Shown here: positions 22,577 to 33,917 of the stretch, in pieces
How positions within the stretch are numbered: the first letter of the stretch is position 1
How the letters are laid out: each line of letters begins with the position of its first letter
DNA from: Mantamonas sphyraenae STR306
Taxonomy: Eukaryota > Protista > CRuMs
Direction: 5' to 3'
Length of the DNA stretch: 64,000 nucleotides
NCBI GenBank assembly: GCA_026936335.1
Contig: JAPMXV010000069.1
Location: forward strand, 248,001 to 312,000
Made by a program: the position numbers and the translations under genes
The notes under the pieces: model-generated
Databases searched by the model: none
Told to the model about the DNA's origin: nothing
The model's input: the letters and a program-made list of their open reading frames with translations, nothing else

Positions 22577-25500
22577 GTCGGTTGTGGGTTGCTGGAGAGG
22601 GTGTGCGGGGGTGTGGGGCGATAGGAGATCGGCTGGGGAAGGAGTCGGGTGCGGCAGGGGGGGGGGGGATTACCATTGCGTTTGTTTCGTGGTGGGTGGT
22701 GGGGTCGATGTGGGGTGTGGGTTGGTACAGAGGGTGTGCTGGGAGTGTGGGGCGACGGGGTGGTCGGCCGGTTGGAGATCGGCGGGCGGATGAGTCGGGC
22801 GCCAGGCAAGGTCACCACTGCGTTTGTTTCGTGGTGGGTGGTGGGGTCGATGTGGGGTGTGGGTTGGTACAGAGGGTGTGCTGGGAGTGTGGGGCGACGA
22901 GGTGGTCGGCCGGTTGGAGATCGGGGGGGGGATGAGTCGGGCGCCGGGCGAGGTTGCCACTGCGTTTGTTTCGTGGTGGGTGGTGGGGTCGATGTGGGTT
23001 GTGGGTTGGTACAGAGGGTGTGCGGGGGGTGTGGGGCGACGGGGTGGTCGGCCGGTTGGAGATCGGCGGGCGGATGAGTCGGGCGCCGGGCGAGGTTGCC
23101 ACTGCGTTTGTTTCGTGGTGGGTGGTGGGGTCGATGTGGGTTGTGGGTTGCTGGGGAGGGTGTGCGGGGGGGTGTGGGGCGACGAGGTGGTCGGCCGGTT
23201 GGAGATCGGCAGGCGGATGAGTCGGGCGCCGGGCGAGGTTGCCACTGCGTTTGTTTCGTGGTGGGTGGTGGGGTCGATGTGGGTTGTGGGTTGGTACAGA
23301 GGGTGTGCTGGGAGTGTGGGGCGACGAGGTGGTCGGCCGGTTGGAGATCGGCAGGCGGATGAGTCGGGCGCCGGGCGAGGTCACCACTGCGTTTGTTTCG
23401 TGGTGGGTGGTGTGTTCCATGTCGGTTGTGGGTTGCTGGGGAGGGTGTGCGGGGGGGTGTGGGGCGACGAGGTGGTCGGCCGGTTGGAGATCGGCGGGCG
23501 GATGAGTCGGGCGCCGGGCAAGGTTGCCACTGCGTTTGTTTCGTGGTGGGTGGTGGGGTCGATGTGGGGTGTGGGTTGGTACAGAGGGTGTGCTGGGAGT
23601 GTGGGGCGACGGGGTGGTCGGCCGGTTGGAGATCGGCGGGCGGATGAGTCGGGCGCCAGGCGAGGTCGCCATTGCAGTTGTTTCGTGGTGGGTGGTGGGG
23701 TCGATGTGGGGTGTGGGTTGGTACAGAGGGTGTGCTGGGAGTGTGGGGCGACGAGGTGGTCGGCCGGTTGGAGATCGGCGGGCGGATGAGTCGGGCGCCA
23801 GGCGAGGTCGCCATTGCAGTTGTTTCGTGGTGGGTGGTGGGGTCGATGTGGGGTGTGGGTTGGTACAGAGGGTGTGCTGGGAGTGTGGGGCGACGAGGTG
23901 GTCGGCCGGTTGGAGATCGGCGGGCGGATGAGTCGGGCGCCGGGCAAGGTCGCCATTGCAGTTGTTTCGTGGTGGGTGGTGGGGTCGATGTGGGGTGTGG
24001 GTTGGTACAGAGGGTGTGCTGGGAGTGTGGGGCGACGGGGTGGTCGGCCGGTTGGAGATCGGCGGGCGGATGAGTCGGGCGCCAGGCGAGGTCGCCATTG
24101 CAGTTGTTTCGTGTTGGGTGGTGGGGTCGATGTGGGGTGTGGGTTGGTACAGAGGGTGTGCTGGGAGTGTGGGGCGACGAGGTGGTCGGCCGGTTGGAGA
24201 TCGGCAGGCGGATGAGTCGGGCGCCGGGCAAGGTTGCCACTGCGTTTGTTTCGTGGTGGGTGGTGTGGTCGATGTGGGGTGTGGGTTGGTACAGAGGGTG
24301 TGCTGGGAGTGTGGGGCGACGGGGTGGTCGGCCGGTTGGAGATCGGCAGGCGGATGAGTCGGGCGCCGGGCAAGGTTGCCACTGCGTTTGTTTCGTGGTG
24401 GGTGGTGGGGTCGATGTTGGGTGTGGGTTGGTACAGAGGGTGTGCTGGGAGTGTGGGGCGACGGGGTGGTCGGCCGGTTGGAGATCGGCGGGCGGATGAG
24501 TCGGGCGCCGGGCAAGGTCACCACTGCAGTTGTTTCGTGGTGGGTGGTGGGGTCGATGTGGGGTGTGGGTTGGTACAGAGGGTGTGCTGGGAGTGTGGGG
24601 CGACGGGGTGGTCGGCCGGTTGGAGATCGGCGGGCGGATGAGTCGGGCGCCAGGCGAGGTCGCCATTGCAGTTGTTTCGTGGTGGGTGGTGGGGTCGATG
24701 TGGGGTGTGGGTTGGTACAGAGGGTGTGCTGGGAGTGTGGGGCGACGAGGTGGTCGGCCGGTTGGAGATCGGCGGGCGGATGAGTCGGGCGCCAGGCGAG
24801 GTCGCCATTGCAGTTGTTTCGTGGTGGGTGGTGGGGTCGATGTGGGGTGTGGGTTGGTACAGAGGGTGTGCTGGGAGTGTGGGGCGACGAGGTGGTCGGC
24901 CGGTTGGAGATCGGCGGGCGGATGAGTCGGGCGCCGGGCAAGGTCGCCATTGCAGTTGTTTCGTGGTGGGTGGTGGGGTCGATGTGGGGTGTGGGTTGGT
25001 ACAGAGGGTGTGCTGGGAGTGTGGGGCGACGAGGTGGTCGGCCGGTTGGAGATCGGCAGGCGGATGAGTCGGGCGCCGGGCAAGGTTGCCACTGCGTTTG
25101 TTTCGTGGTGGGTGGTGTGGTCGATGTGGGGTGTGGGTTGGTACAGAGGGTGTGCTGGGAGTGTGGGGCGACGGGGTGGTCGGCCGGTTGGAGATCGGCA
25201 GGCGGATGAGTCGGGCGCCGGGCAAGGTTGCCACTGCGTTTGTTTCGTGGTGGGTGGTGGGGTCGATGTTGGGTGTGGGTTGGTACAGAGGGTGTGCTGG
25301 GAGTGTGGGGCGACGGGGTGGTCGGCCGGTTGGAGATCGGCGGGCGGATGAGTCGGGCGCCGGGCAAGGTCACCACTGCGTTTGTTTCGTGGTGGGTGGT
25401 GGGGTCGATGTGGGGTGTGGGTTGGTACAGAGGGTGTGCTGGGAGTGTGGGGCGACGAGGTGGTCGGCCGGTTGGAGATCGGCAGGCGGATGAGTCGGGC

Positions 25501-26415
25501 GCCGGGCGAGGTCGCCATTGCGTTTGTTTCGTGGTGGGTGGTGGGGTCGATGTTGGGTGTGGGTTGGTACAGAGGGTGTGCGGGGGGTGTGGGGCGACGG
25601 GGTGGTCGGCCGGTCGGAGATCGGCAGGCGGATGAGTCGGGCGCCGGGCAAGGTCGCCATTGCAGTTGTTTCGTGGTGGGTGGTGGGGTCGATGTGGGGT
25701 GTGGGTTGGTACAGAGGGTGTGCTGGGAGTGTGGGGCGACGGGGTGGTCGGCCGGTTGGAGATCGGCGGGCGGATGAGTCGGGCGCCAGGCGAGGTCGCC
25801 ATTGCAGTTGTTTCGTGTTGGGTGGTGGGGTCGATGTGGGGTGTGGGTTGGTACAGAGGGTGTGCTGGGAGTGTGGGGCGACGAGGTGGTCGGCCGGTTG
25901 GAGATCGGCAGGCGGATGAGTCGGGCGCCGGGCAAGGTTGCCACTGCGTTTGTTTCGTGGTGGGTGGTGTGGTCGATGTGGGGTGTGGGTTGGTACAGAG
26001 GGTGTGCTGGGAGTGTGGGGCGACGGGGTGGTCGGCCGGTTGGAGATCGGCAGGCGGATGAGTCGGGCGCCGGGCAAGGTTGCCACTGCGTTTGTTTCGT
26101 GGTGGGTGGTGGGGTCGATGTTGGGTGTGGGTTGGTACAGAGGGTGTGCTGGGAGTGTGGGGCGACGGGGTGGTCGGCCGGTTGGAGATCGGCGGGCGGA
26201 TGAGTCGGGCGCCGGGCAAGGTCACCACTGCGTTTGTTTCGTGGTGGGTGGTGGGGTCGATGTGGGGTGTGGGTTGGTACAGAGGGTGTGCTGGGAGTGT
26301 GGGGCGACGGGGTGGTCGGCCGGTTGGAGATCGGCAGGCGGATGAGTCCGGCGCCGGGCAAGGTCGCCACTGCGATTGTTTCGTCGCGTGAGGTGGTGGG
26401 GTCGATGTCGGTTGT
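22575..26415. repeat. 142-bp tandem satellite, about 27 units, with 852-bp (6-mer) higher-order periodicity
   Basis: GTTGGTACAG recurs every 142 bp; diagnostic variants recur at about 24265/25117/25969 and 24411/25263/26115. Confidence 0.92.
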
Positions 26416-26486
26416 GGGGTAATCAGGATGGTGTCAATGCACACCTTTCGCACCCCCTACCTACCCGTTGCTGTTGCACCAACTTT

Positions 26487-26719
26487 AAAAAAGGTTTGTG
26501 CTACTCATGGTTATGATGTGTCATCCTTGTGCAGGGACCATGCTGTGGGTTCAGTGCGTTTTGCGTTCCCGTGTGAGTTTCAGCGGCGAACACACTTCAC
26601 AGCACATCCTATCATCACATTCACATCCTATCCATCACATTCACATCCTATCTACGAACCTAATCTTCTCGTTTTGATTAAGTTTCGATGTGATCTAATG
26701 ACCCGAAGGACATTAGATC
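26487..26719 (-). ncRNA. U6: Second intron-containing U6 snRNA copy (intron 26659-26543); ACAGAGA box reads ACGAGA
   Basis: Matches copy 1 except for small indels just 5' of and within the ACAGAGA box; may be a pseudogene or a sequencing error. Confidence 0.75.
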
Positions 26720-27451
26720 GCTGCTTGTGTGTGTGAGTTCGGGCCAATCCGGATCGGAAATGCGCATCTCGACAACTTGCGAACCGGCCCCGCCTCCGCG
26801 CCCTGCCCTTCTCCTGTGCTCTCCACCACCCCCCACTCCCACTCCACACGCATGCAGTCTACCTGCCTCACGCCTCCCATTTCCCTCTCACCACACACAC
26901 ACACACACTCTCTCTCTCTGACACGCCCTTTCCTCCCTTTCTCCCCGGGCCTAGCCCGCCCACACACCCGTCCTTTCACTCTCCCGCTTTCACCAACAAC
27001 ATCCCTCACCCCGCACAACACTCCACCACTCCCACCCACTCCCCTCCCTCTCTCCTTCCCCACCCCCCCCCCCCCCACTTCACCTCCCCGCCAACCTTCC
27101 GTCTCCTCCCGGCCTTCTCCGCCCCCTTCTCACCCTCACCCACCACACACAACGCACCTCCCTTCCACACGTTTTCCTCACCCAGTACCTACATTGTCTC
27201 TGTTTCCTCTCTTGCCACCGCCATCAGTTGTCTTGGCTCCTGGATCGCCGCAATCCGCCCCTTCGCCACTGCATGCACCCGCCGTCCACCACTGCATCCA
27301 CAACAGGTTCTCAGGTCCTCATTCTGCAGGTGATCTTTCATTTCCGGTCGCGCTTCTGCAATCACTCCTCCACACGCTGCCGCTTCTCCACCCCACCCAC
27401 CTCTCTCTCTCCTTCCTCCTCCTCCTCCACACGCTGCCGCTTCTCCACCCC
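26491..27451. repeat. About 960-bp direct repeat, copy 2
   Basis: Matches 15291-16261. Confidence 0.9.
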
Positions 27452-28660
27452 CAAGGGCAACAGCGACCACGGCAGCAGAGGTTGTTCGTTGACACCACCT
27501 TGACGAGGTGGCACTGGAGGTTGTAGCCACCAAAGCGGTGAGTGTGGTTGGTTGCGGGACGTCATGGGAGATACGGAGAGAAGGGTGGTGGGGACTCTCG
27601 AGGCTGGCGCAGTAGGGGGTGTGAAGCGTGGAATGTCAACAAAGGGGACGGGTGGTGGGAAGCACGGGGCGTTGCTGGTCGAGGATCCGTGTGTGAGCTT
27701 GTGTGAGGTGTGGGATGGAGAACAACCCAACAGGGGCTTGTGGGCCAACGCGGAGAGAGGAGGAGATCGCAGGCCAAACCGTCGTCGTCGTCACCCAGGT
27801 GGCACTGGGGTCAAAGATGGGAACAGAAGTGAAAGGTAGGAGAGTCGAAAAGGTCGACCAATGGTGAGTTGGGGAGACAGGGCATGGTCGAGGGCTGGCC
27901 GCTGCAAGTGCTCACAGGTGTCATTGGTATGGCTACGAAGGATCGTTGTGCCCTGTCACGGTGGACAACTGTCGCTCGACCGGTTGTGTGTGTGTTGTGA
28001 CGGCGTACGCGGACGTGTGTTCCGTGTGTTCGGGCCCTTCATCACACCGTCGCACGATGTCCATGCGAGATCCCAGTACCATGAGTGCCCTGGCCATGTG
28101 GGATGGACATAGGTTGCGGAGGCGTTTAGATGAGCCGCAGCAGCCTCTGGGGTGGGTGCGCCTGTCAAAGCACGACAAACACAACTGACGCACCGACGGA
28201 CAAAGTGGGTTGATGCCATAGTGGATGTCTCGCTTTGGCGATGGTGGTTGGTGGGTGGGCGGGTGGTGGGGTGGGGGGGGGGTGCGCCATCAACCAGCTT
28301 CTTCCGTGTTTGCAGAAGGAAGGAGAGCGGTGTGCCCAACAGCCTGGTCACGGGAACGTCGTGCCCCCCCCCCCCTCTCCCTCGCTGGCATCAGGTAGTC
28401 CGCAAACAATGGGACGTCGGAGCTTGGAGGGCAGGGGTGGGCCTGGCACGCGCCGCAGCATCCAACGCATCTAACAACCAACACATCCTCACAGAGATGT
28501 ACTTTGAAGGTAGGTAGAGAGGATGGATGGGGAACGAGAGGGAGAGACTGGTGGTGGGGTGGGGGGGGGGTGGCCGCGAAGTGACCCGCGGATGTGCCCG
28601 GAGACAGCTGCTTCCCGTTCACTCACACCAGGCAAAGCAGACACAACAACCTCACGGGAG

Positions 28661-30242
28661 ATGGTTGACTGGGTGAAACTGCTGCAGAGCGGGGATCACG
28701 CACAGATTTGCCGCGCACTGGAGGCTGAGGGAGAGGTGGGCTGGAATGCAGTGATGTGCGGCGTGGAGAAGAAGCGGGTGGTGAAGGGCAACAAGGGAGA
28801 GTGTGCTGACACATGAACCTCAGGTGTTGCCTATGGTGGGTGTGATTGGAGGTGACGACGCGACACGAGCGCTGGCCGAGGCACTGAGTGAGAACAGCAG
28901 CGTGCAGACCGTGTGCCTCGACTGCAACAACATCGGATCAGAAGGAGCGGCAGCACTGGCGCAGGCACTGAATGTGAACAGCAGCTTGCAGACCCTGTAC
29001 CTCAATGACAACAGCATCGGGGACAAAGGAGCAGCTGCACTGGCGCAAGCACTGAGAAAGAACAGCAGCTTGCAGACCCTGTACCTCGATGACAACAGCA
29101 TCGGGGACAAAGGAGCAGCTGCACTGGCGCAAGCACTGAGAAAGAACAGCAGCTTGCAGACCCTGGACCTCAGCTACAACGACATTAGAGACAAAGGAGC
29201 AACAGCACTGGCGCAGGGACTGAGAAAGAACAGCAACTTGCAGACACTGGACCTCGGCGGCAACGAGATCGGATCAGAAGGCGCAGCAGCACTGGCGGAG
29301 GCACTGAGTGAGAACAGCAGCGTGCACACCGTGTTCCTCTCCGAAAACGAGATCGGATCAGAAGGAGCGACAGCACTGGCGCAGGCACTGAATGTGAACA
29401 GCATCTTGCAGACACTGGACCTCAGCAACAACGACATTAGAGACAAAGGAGCAACAGCACTGGCGCAGGGACTGAGAAAGAACAGCAACTTGCAGACACT
29501 GGACCTCGGCAGCAACGAGATCGGATCAGAAGGAACAGCAGCACTGGCGCAGGCACTGAGTACAAGCAGCACCTTGCAGACACTCGAACTCAGCTGGAAC
29601 AGCATCGGGGCGGAAGGGGCAGCAGCACTTGCGCAGGGAATGCAAGGCAATCGGTCGTGCTGGAGAATCATGGGTATTCGCAATGATGCGTTGCAGTCGC
29701 TGTTGGATCGGAACATGAAGCAGCACGTGGCGTTTGTGGAGTGTGGGGATGTGGAGAAGATGAGAGAGTTGATGGAGTGGGGTGTGCCTGTGGACACGTC
29801 TGCAGCGTACTTGAGTGGGGGTGCGCTGGAGTTAGCAGTGAGGAAAGGTGATGAGGAGATTGTGGAGGTGTTGAGGGAGTGGGGTGCGCATCCAACGATG
29901 GAAACGGTGTATATGGTGAGGAAGAAAGGGTGGAGAAAGGCGTGGCATTGGATTGGATGGGGTGAACAGGTGGATGGGGCGATCGAGACGGCGCTGGTGA
30001 TGAACGGGGAGGAGAGAGAGATGATGTTTGCGTGTGGTGGAATGGACGAGTACGTGGAGGAGACAGGATGGGAAAGGTGGGTGACACTGCCGGATGAGGT
30101 GATGGAGAGGGTGATTGGGTGGGTGGGGAGGGGTGCCACACCGGCGAGGGTGGCTGTGGGGAGGACGGGCGAGACGAGGAAGCGCGAGAGAGATGAAGAG
30201 GAAGAGGACGTGGAAAAGCGGCAGCGTGTGGAGGAGGAGTGA
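28661..30242 (+). CDS. LRR (RI-like, about 9-10 repeats)-ankyrin-PRANC/F-box-like protein with NLS tail (array gene A)
   Basis: Exon MVDWVKLLQSGDH..EGE, phase-0 intron 28736-28823, 28-aa LRRs, ankyrin-like ALELAVRKGDEEIVEVLREWGA, WVTLPDEVMERVIGW, RKRERDEEEEDVEKRQR. Additional 5' exons are possible. Confidence 0.85.
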
Positions 30243-30309
30243 ACACTTGGGTGTGATCAGCAGGAAATAGACGGCCTTCCGTCCCATGTAGATTGGGGCG
30301 GACTGATCC

Positions 30310-30505
30310 AACCGCACACTCACAACGGGCAGAAGGACGCCATTCGCCCGCTGGAGATGGATACAATAGATAGATGGAAGTGCTGACACCCGGGGCAACC
30401 AGAAGAGCATTGAGGACAACGGTAGCCCACAGAACAGCGCCCTGAAGACACTGCTGCCCAGAGGAGCAGCGTCGGGGACTTGGGCAGCACCTGGCCCTGG
30501 CGATG
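30310..30505 (+). pseudogene. Deleted relic of an LRR-gene 5' end in the spacer (also at about 32870-33060 and 35430-35655)
   Basis: GAGATGGAT..., GTGCTGAC..CAG and AACAGCGCCCTGAAGACACTGCTG match the start of gene E. Confidence 0.55.
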
Positions 30506-31366
30506 CAAAGCAATCGATGGAAAGCAAAAACGAGCATACCGGGTCGCAGTGACGCGCGGATGGAGGCCATACCCACCGCATTCCTGAACGCAATCGATGA
30601 ACAAAATCCGATGTTCCCCCTCCCCCCCTTCCCCCTTCCCCCCCCTTACCCCTGATCATCCAACAACCTCACCCTCCTCTCATCCATCTCAACCCCCACC
30701 CCCCTCCACTTCTCATCGTCGATGCCCCGCCGGCGCCGGTGTCCACAGCAAGCATCCGCGCCCACGCGTGCTGCAACGCAACAGCAACCGATGTCGTGAG
30801 TGCCTTGTCCCAGCCATGTGGGATGGACATAGGTTGCGGAGGCGTTTAAGTGAGCCGCAGCAGCCTCTGGGGTGGGTGCGCCTGTCAAAGCACGACAAAC
30901 ACAACTGACGCACCGACGGACAAAGTGGGTTGATGCCATAGTGGATGTCTCGCTTTGGCGATGGTGGTTGGTGGGTGGGCGGGTGGTGGGGTGGGGGGGG
31001 GGTGCGCCATCAACCAGCTTCTTCCGTGTTTGCAGAAGGAAGGAGAGCGGTGTGCCCAACAGCCTGGTCACGGGAACGTCGTGCCCCCCCCCCCCCTCTC
31101 CCTCGCTGGCATCAGGTAGTCCGCAAACAATGGGACGTCGGAGCTTGGAGGGCAGGGGTGGGCCTGGCACGCGCCGCAGCATCCAACGCATCTAACAACC
31201 AACACATCCTCACAGAGATGTACTTTGAAGGTAGGTAGAGAGGACGGATGGGGAACGGGAGGGAGAGACTGGTGGTGGGGTGGGGGGGTGTGGGGGGGGG
31301 GGGCGCGAAGTGACCCGACCCGGAGACAGCTGTGCACGCGCGCTCACATCGGGCAAAGCGGACGAT

Positions 31367-32801
31367 ATGAGCTCTGGCTGCGATGGAGAGGATCATTGGC
31401 TGCCACTGCTGCAGAGCGGGGATCACGCACAGATTTGCCGCGCACTGGAGGCTGAGAGAAAGGTGGGCTGGAATGCAGTGATGTGCGGCGTGGAGAAGAA
31501 GCGGGTGGTGAAGGGCAACAAGGGAGAGTGTGCTGACACATGAACCTCAGTTGTTGTATATGCTGGGTGTGATTGGAGGTGACGACGCGACACGAGCGCT
31601 GGCCGAGGCACTGAGTGTGAACAGCAACTTGACGGTACTGCTGCTTGATGAGTGCTTGTTCGGTGACAAAGGAGCAGCAGCACTGGCGGAGGCACTGTGT
31701 GAGAACAGCAGTGTGCAAACCGTGTACCTCAATGTCAACAGCATCGGGGACAAAGGAGCAGCTGCACTGGCGCAAGCACTGAGAAAGAACAGCACCTTGC
31801 AGGAACTGATCCTCAGACACAACAGCATTGGGGACAAAGGAGCAACGGCGCTGGCGGAGGCACTGAGTGTGAACAGCACCTTGCAGTCACTGGGCCTCAA
31901 TGACAACAGCATTGGGGACAAAGGAGCAGCAGCACTGGCGCAGGCACTGAGTACAAGCAGCACCTTGCAGACCCTGTACCTCGGTGACAACAGCATCGGG
32001 GACAAAGGAGCAACGGCGCTGGCGCAGGCACTGAGTGAGAACAGCAGCTTGCAGGAACTGAACCTCAGCCACTTCAGCATTGGGGACAAAGGAGCAGCAG
32101 CACTGGCGGAGGCACTGAGTGTGAACAGCACCTTGCAGTCACTGGACCTCACACGCAACAGTATTGGGGAAGAAGGGGCAGCAGCACTTGCTCAGGCAAT
32201 GGAAAGCAATCGGTCCTGCTGGATAATCGACGGCGTTCGCAACGACGCTTTGCAGTCGCTGTTGGATCGGAACTGGAAGCAGCACGAGGCGTTTGTGAAG
32301 TGTGGGGATGTGGAGAAGATGAGAGAGTTGATGGAGTGGGGTGTGCCTGTGGACACGTCTGCAGCGTACTTGAGTGGGGGTGCGCTGGAGTTAGCAGTGA
32401 GGAAAGGTGATGAGGAGATTGTGGAGGTGTTGAGGGAGTGGGGTGCGCATCCAACGATGGAAACGGTGTATATGGTGAGGAAGAAAGGGTGGAGAAAGGC
32501 GTGGCATTGGATTGGATGGGGTGAACAGGTGGATGGGGCGATCGAGACGGCGCTGGTGATGAACGGGGAGGAGAGAGAGATGATGTTTGCGTGTGGTGGA
32601 ATGGACGAGTACGTGGAGGAGACAGGATGGGAAAGGTGGGTGACACTGCCGGATGAGGTGATGGAGAGGGTGATTGGGTGGGTGGGGAGGGGTGCCACAC
32701 CGGCGAGGGTGGCTGTGGGGAGGACGGGCGAGACGAGGAAGCGCGAGAGAGATGAAGAGGAAGAGGACGTGGAAAAGCGGCAGCGTGTGGAGGAGGAGTG
32801 A
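31367..32801 (+). CDS. LRR (about 7-8)-ankyrin-PRANC/F-box-like protein with NLS tail (gene B)
   Basis: Intron 31463-31550; C-terminus nearly identical to gene A. Confidence 0.85.
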
Positions 32802-33917
32802 ACACTTGGGTGTGATCAGCAGGAAATAGACGGCCTTCCGTCCATGTAGATTGGGGCGGACTGATCCAACCGCACACTCACAACGGGCAGAAGGACGCCA
32901 TTCGCCCGCTGGAGATGGATACAATAGATAGATGGAAGTGCTGACACCCGGGGCAACCAGAAGAGCATTGAGGACAACGGTAGCCCACAGAACAGCGCCC
33001 TGAAGACACTGCTGCCCAGAGGAGCAGCGTCGGGGACTTGGGCAGCACCTGGCCCTGGCGATGCAAAGCAATCGATGGAAAGCAAAAACGAGCATACCGG
33101 GTCGCAGTGACGCGCGGATGGAGGCCATACCCACCGCATTCCTGAACGCAATCGATGAACAAAATCCGATGTTCCCCCCTCCCCCCCTTCCCCCTTCCCC
33201 CCCCCCTTACCCCTGATCATCCAACAACCTCACCCTCCTCTCATCCATCTCAACCCCCACCCCCCTCCACTTCTCATCGTCGATGCCCCGCCGGCGCCGG
33301 TGTCCACAGCAAGCATCCGCGCCCACGCGTGCTGCAACGCAACAGCAACCGATGTCGTGAGTGCCTTGTCCCAGCCATGTGGGATGGACATAGGTTGCGG
33401 AGGCGTTTAAGTGAGCCGCAGCAGCCTCTGGGGTGGGTGCGCCTGTCAAAGCACGACAAACACAACTGACGCACCGACGGACAAAGTGGGTTGATGCCAT
33501 AGTGGATGTCTCGCTTTGGCGATGGTGGTTGGTGGGTGGGCTGCTGGGGGGTGGCGGGGGGTGCGCCATCAACCAGCTTCTTCCGTGTTTGCAGAAGGAA
33601 GGAGAGCGGTGTGCCCAACAGCCTGGTCACGGGAACGTCGTGCCCCACCTCTCCCTCGCTGGCATCAGGTAGTCCGCAAACAATGGGACGTCGGAGCTTG
33701 GAGGGCAGGGGTGGGCCTGGCACGCGCCGCAGCATCCAACGCATCTAACAACCAACACATCCTCACAGAGATGTACTTTGAAGGTAGGTAGAGAGGACGG
33801 ATGGGGAACGGGAGGGAGAGACTGGTGGTGGGGTGGGGGGGGGGGGGGGGGGGGCGCGAAGTGACCCGACCCGGAGACAGCTGTGCACGCGCGCTCACAT
33901 CGGGCAAAGCGGACGAT

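Noticed and set aside
22575-26415. CRISPR array or hammerhead-ribozyme satellite
   Set aside because: No unique spacers and no cas genes; CGGATGAG and CGAAAC are on opposite strands and the CUGANGA core is absent
22462-26453. 1302-aa and 1213-aa ORFs and many 130-aa plus-strand ORFs
   Set aside because: Products of a stop-poor 142-bp satellite cycling through frames; not in frame with the giant gene as assembled
14440-27451. LTR retrotransposon
   Set aside because: No gag, RT or integrase motifs; no TG..CA ends, PBS or TSD recognised
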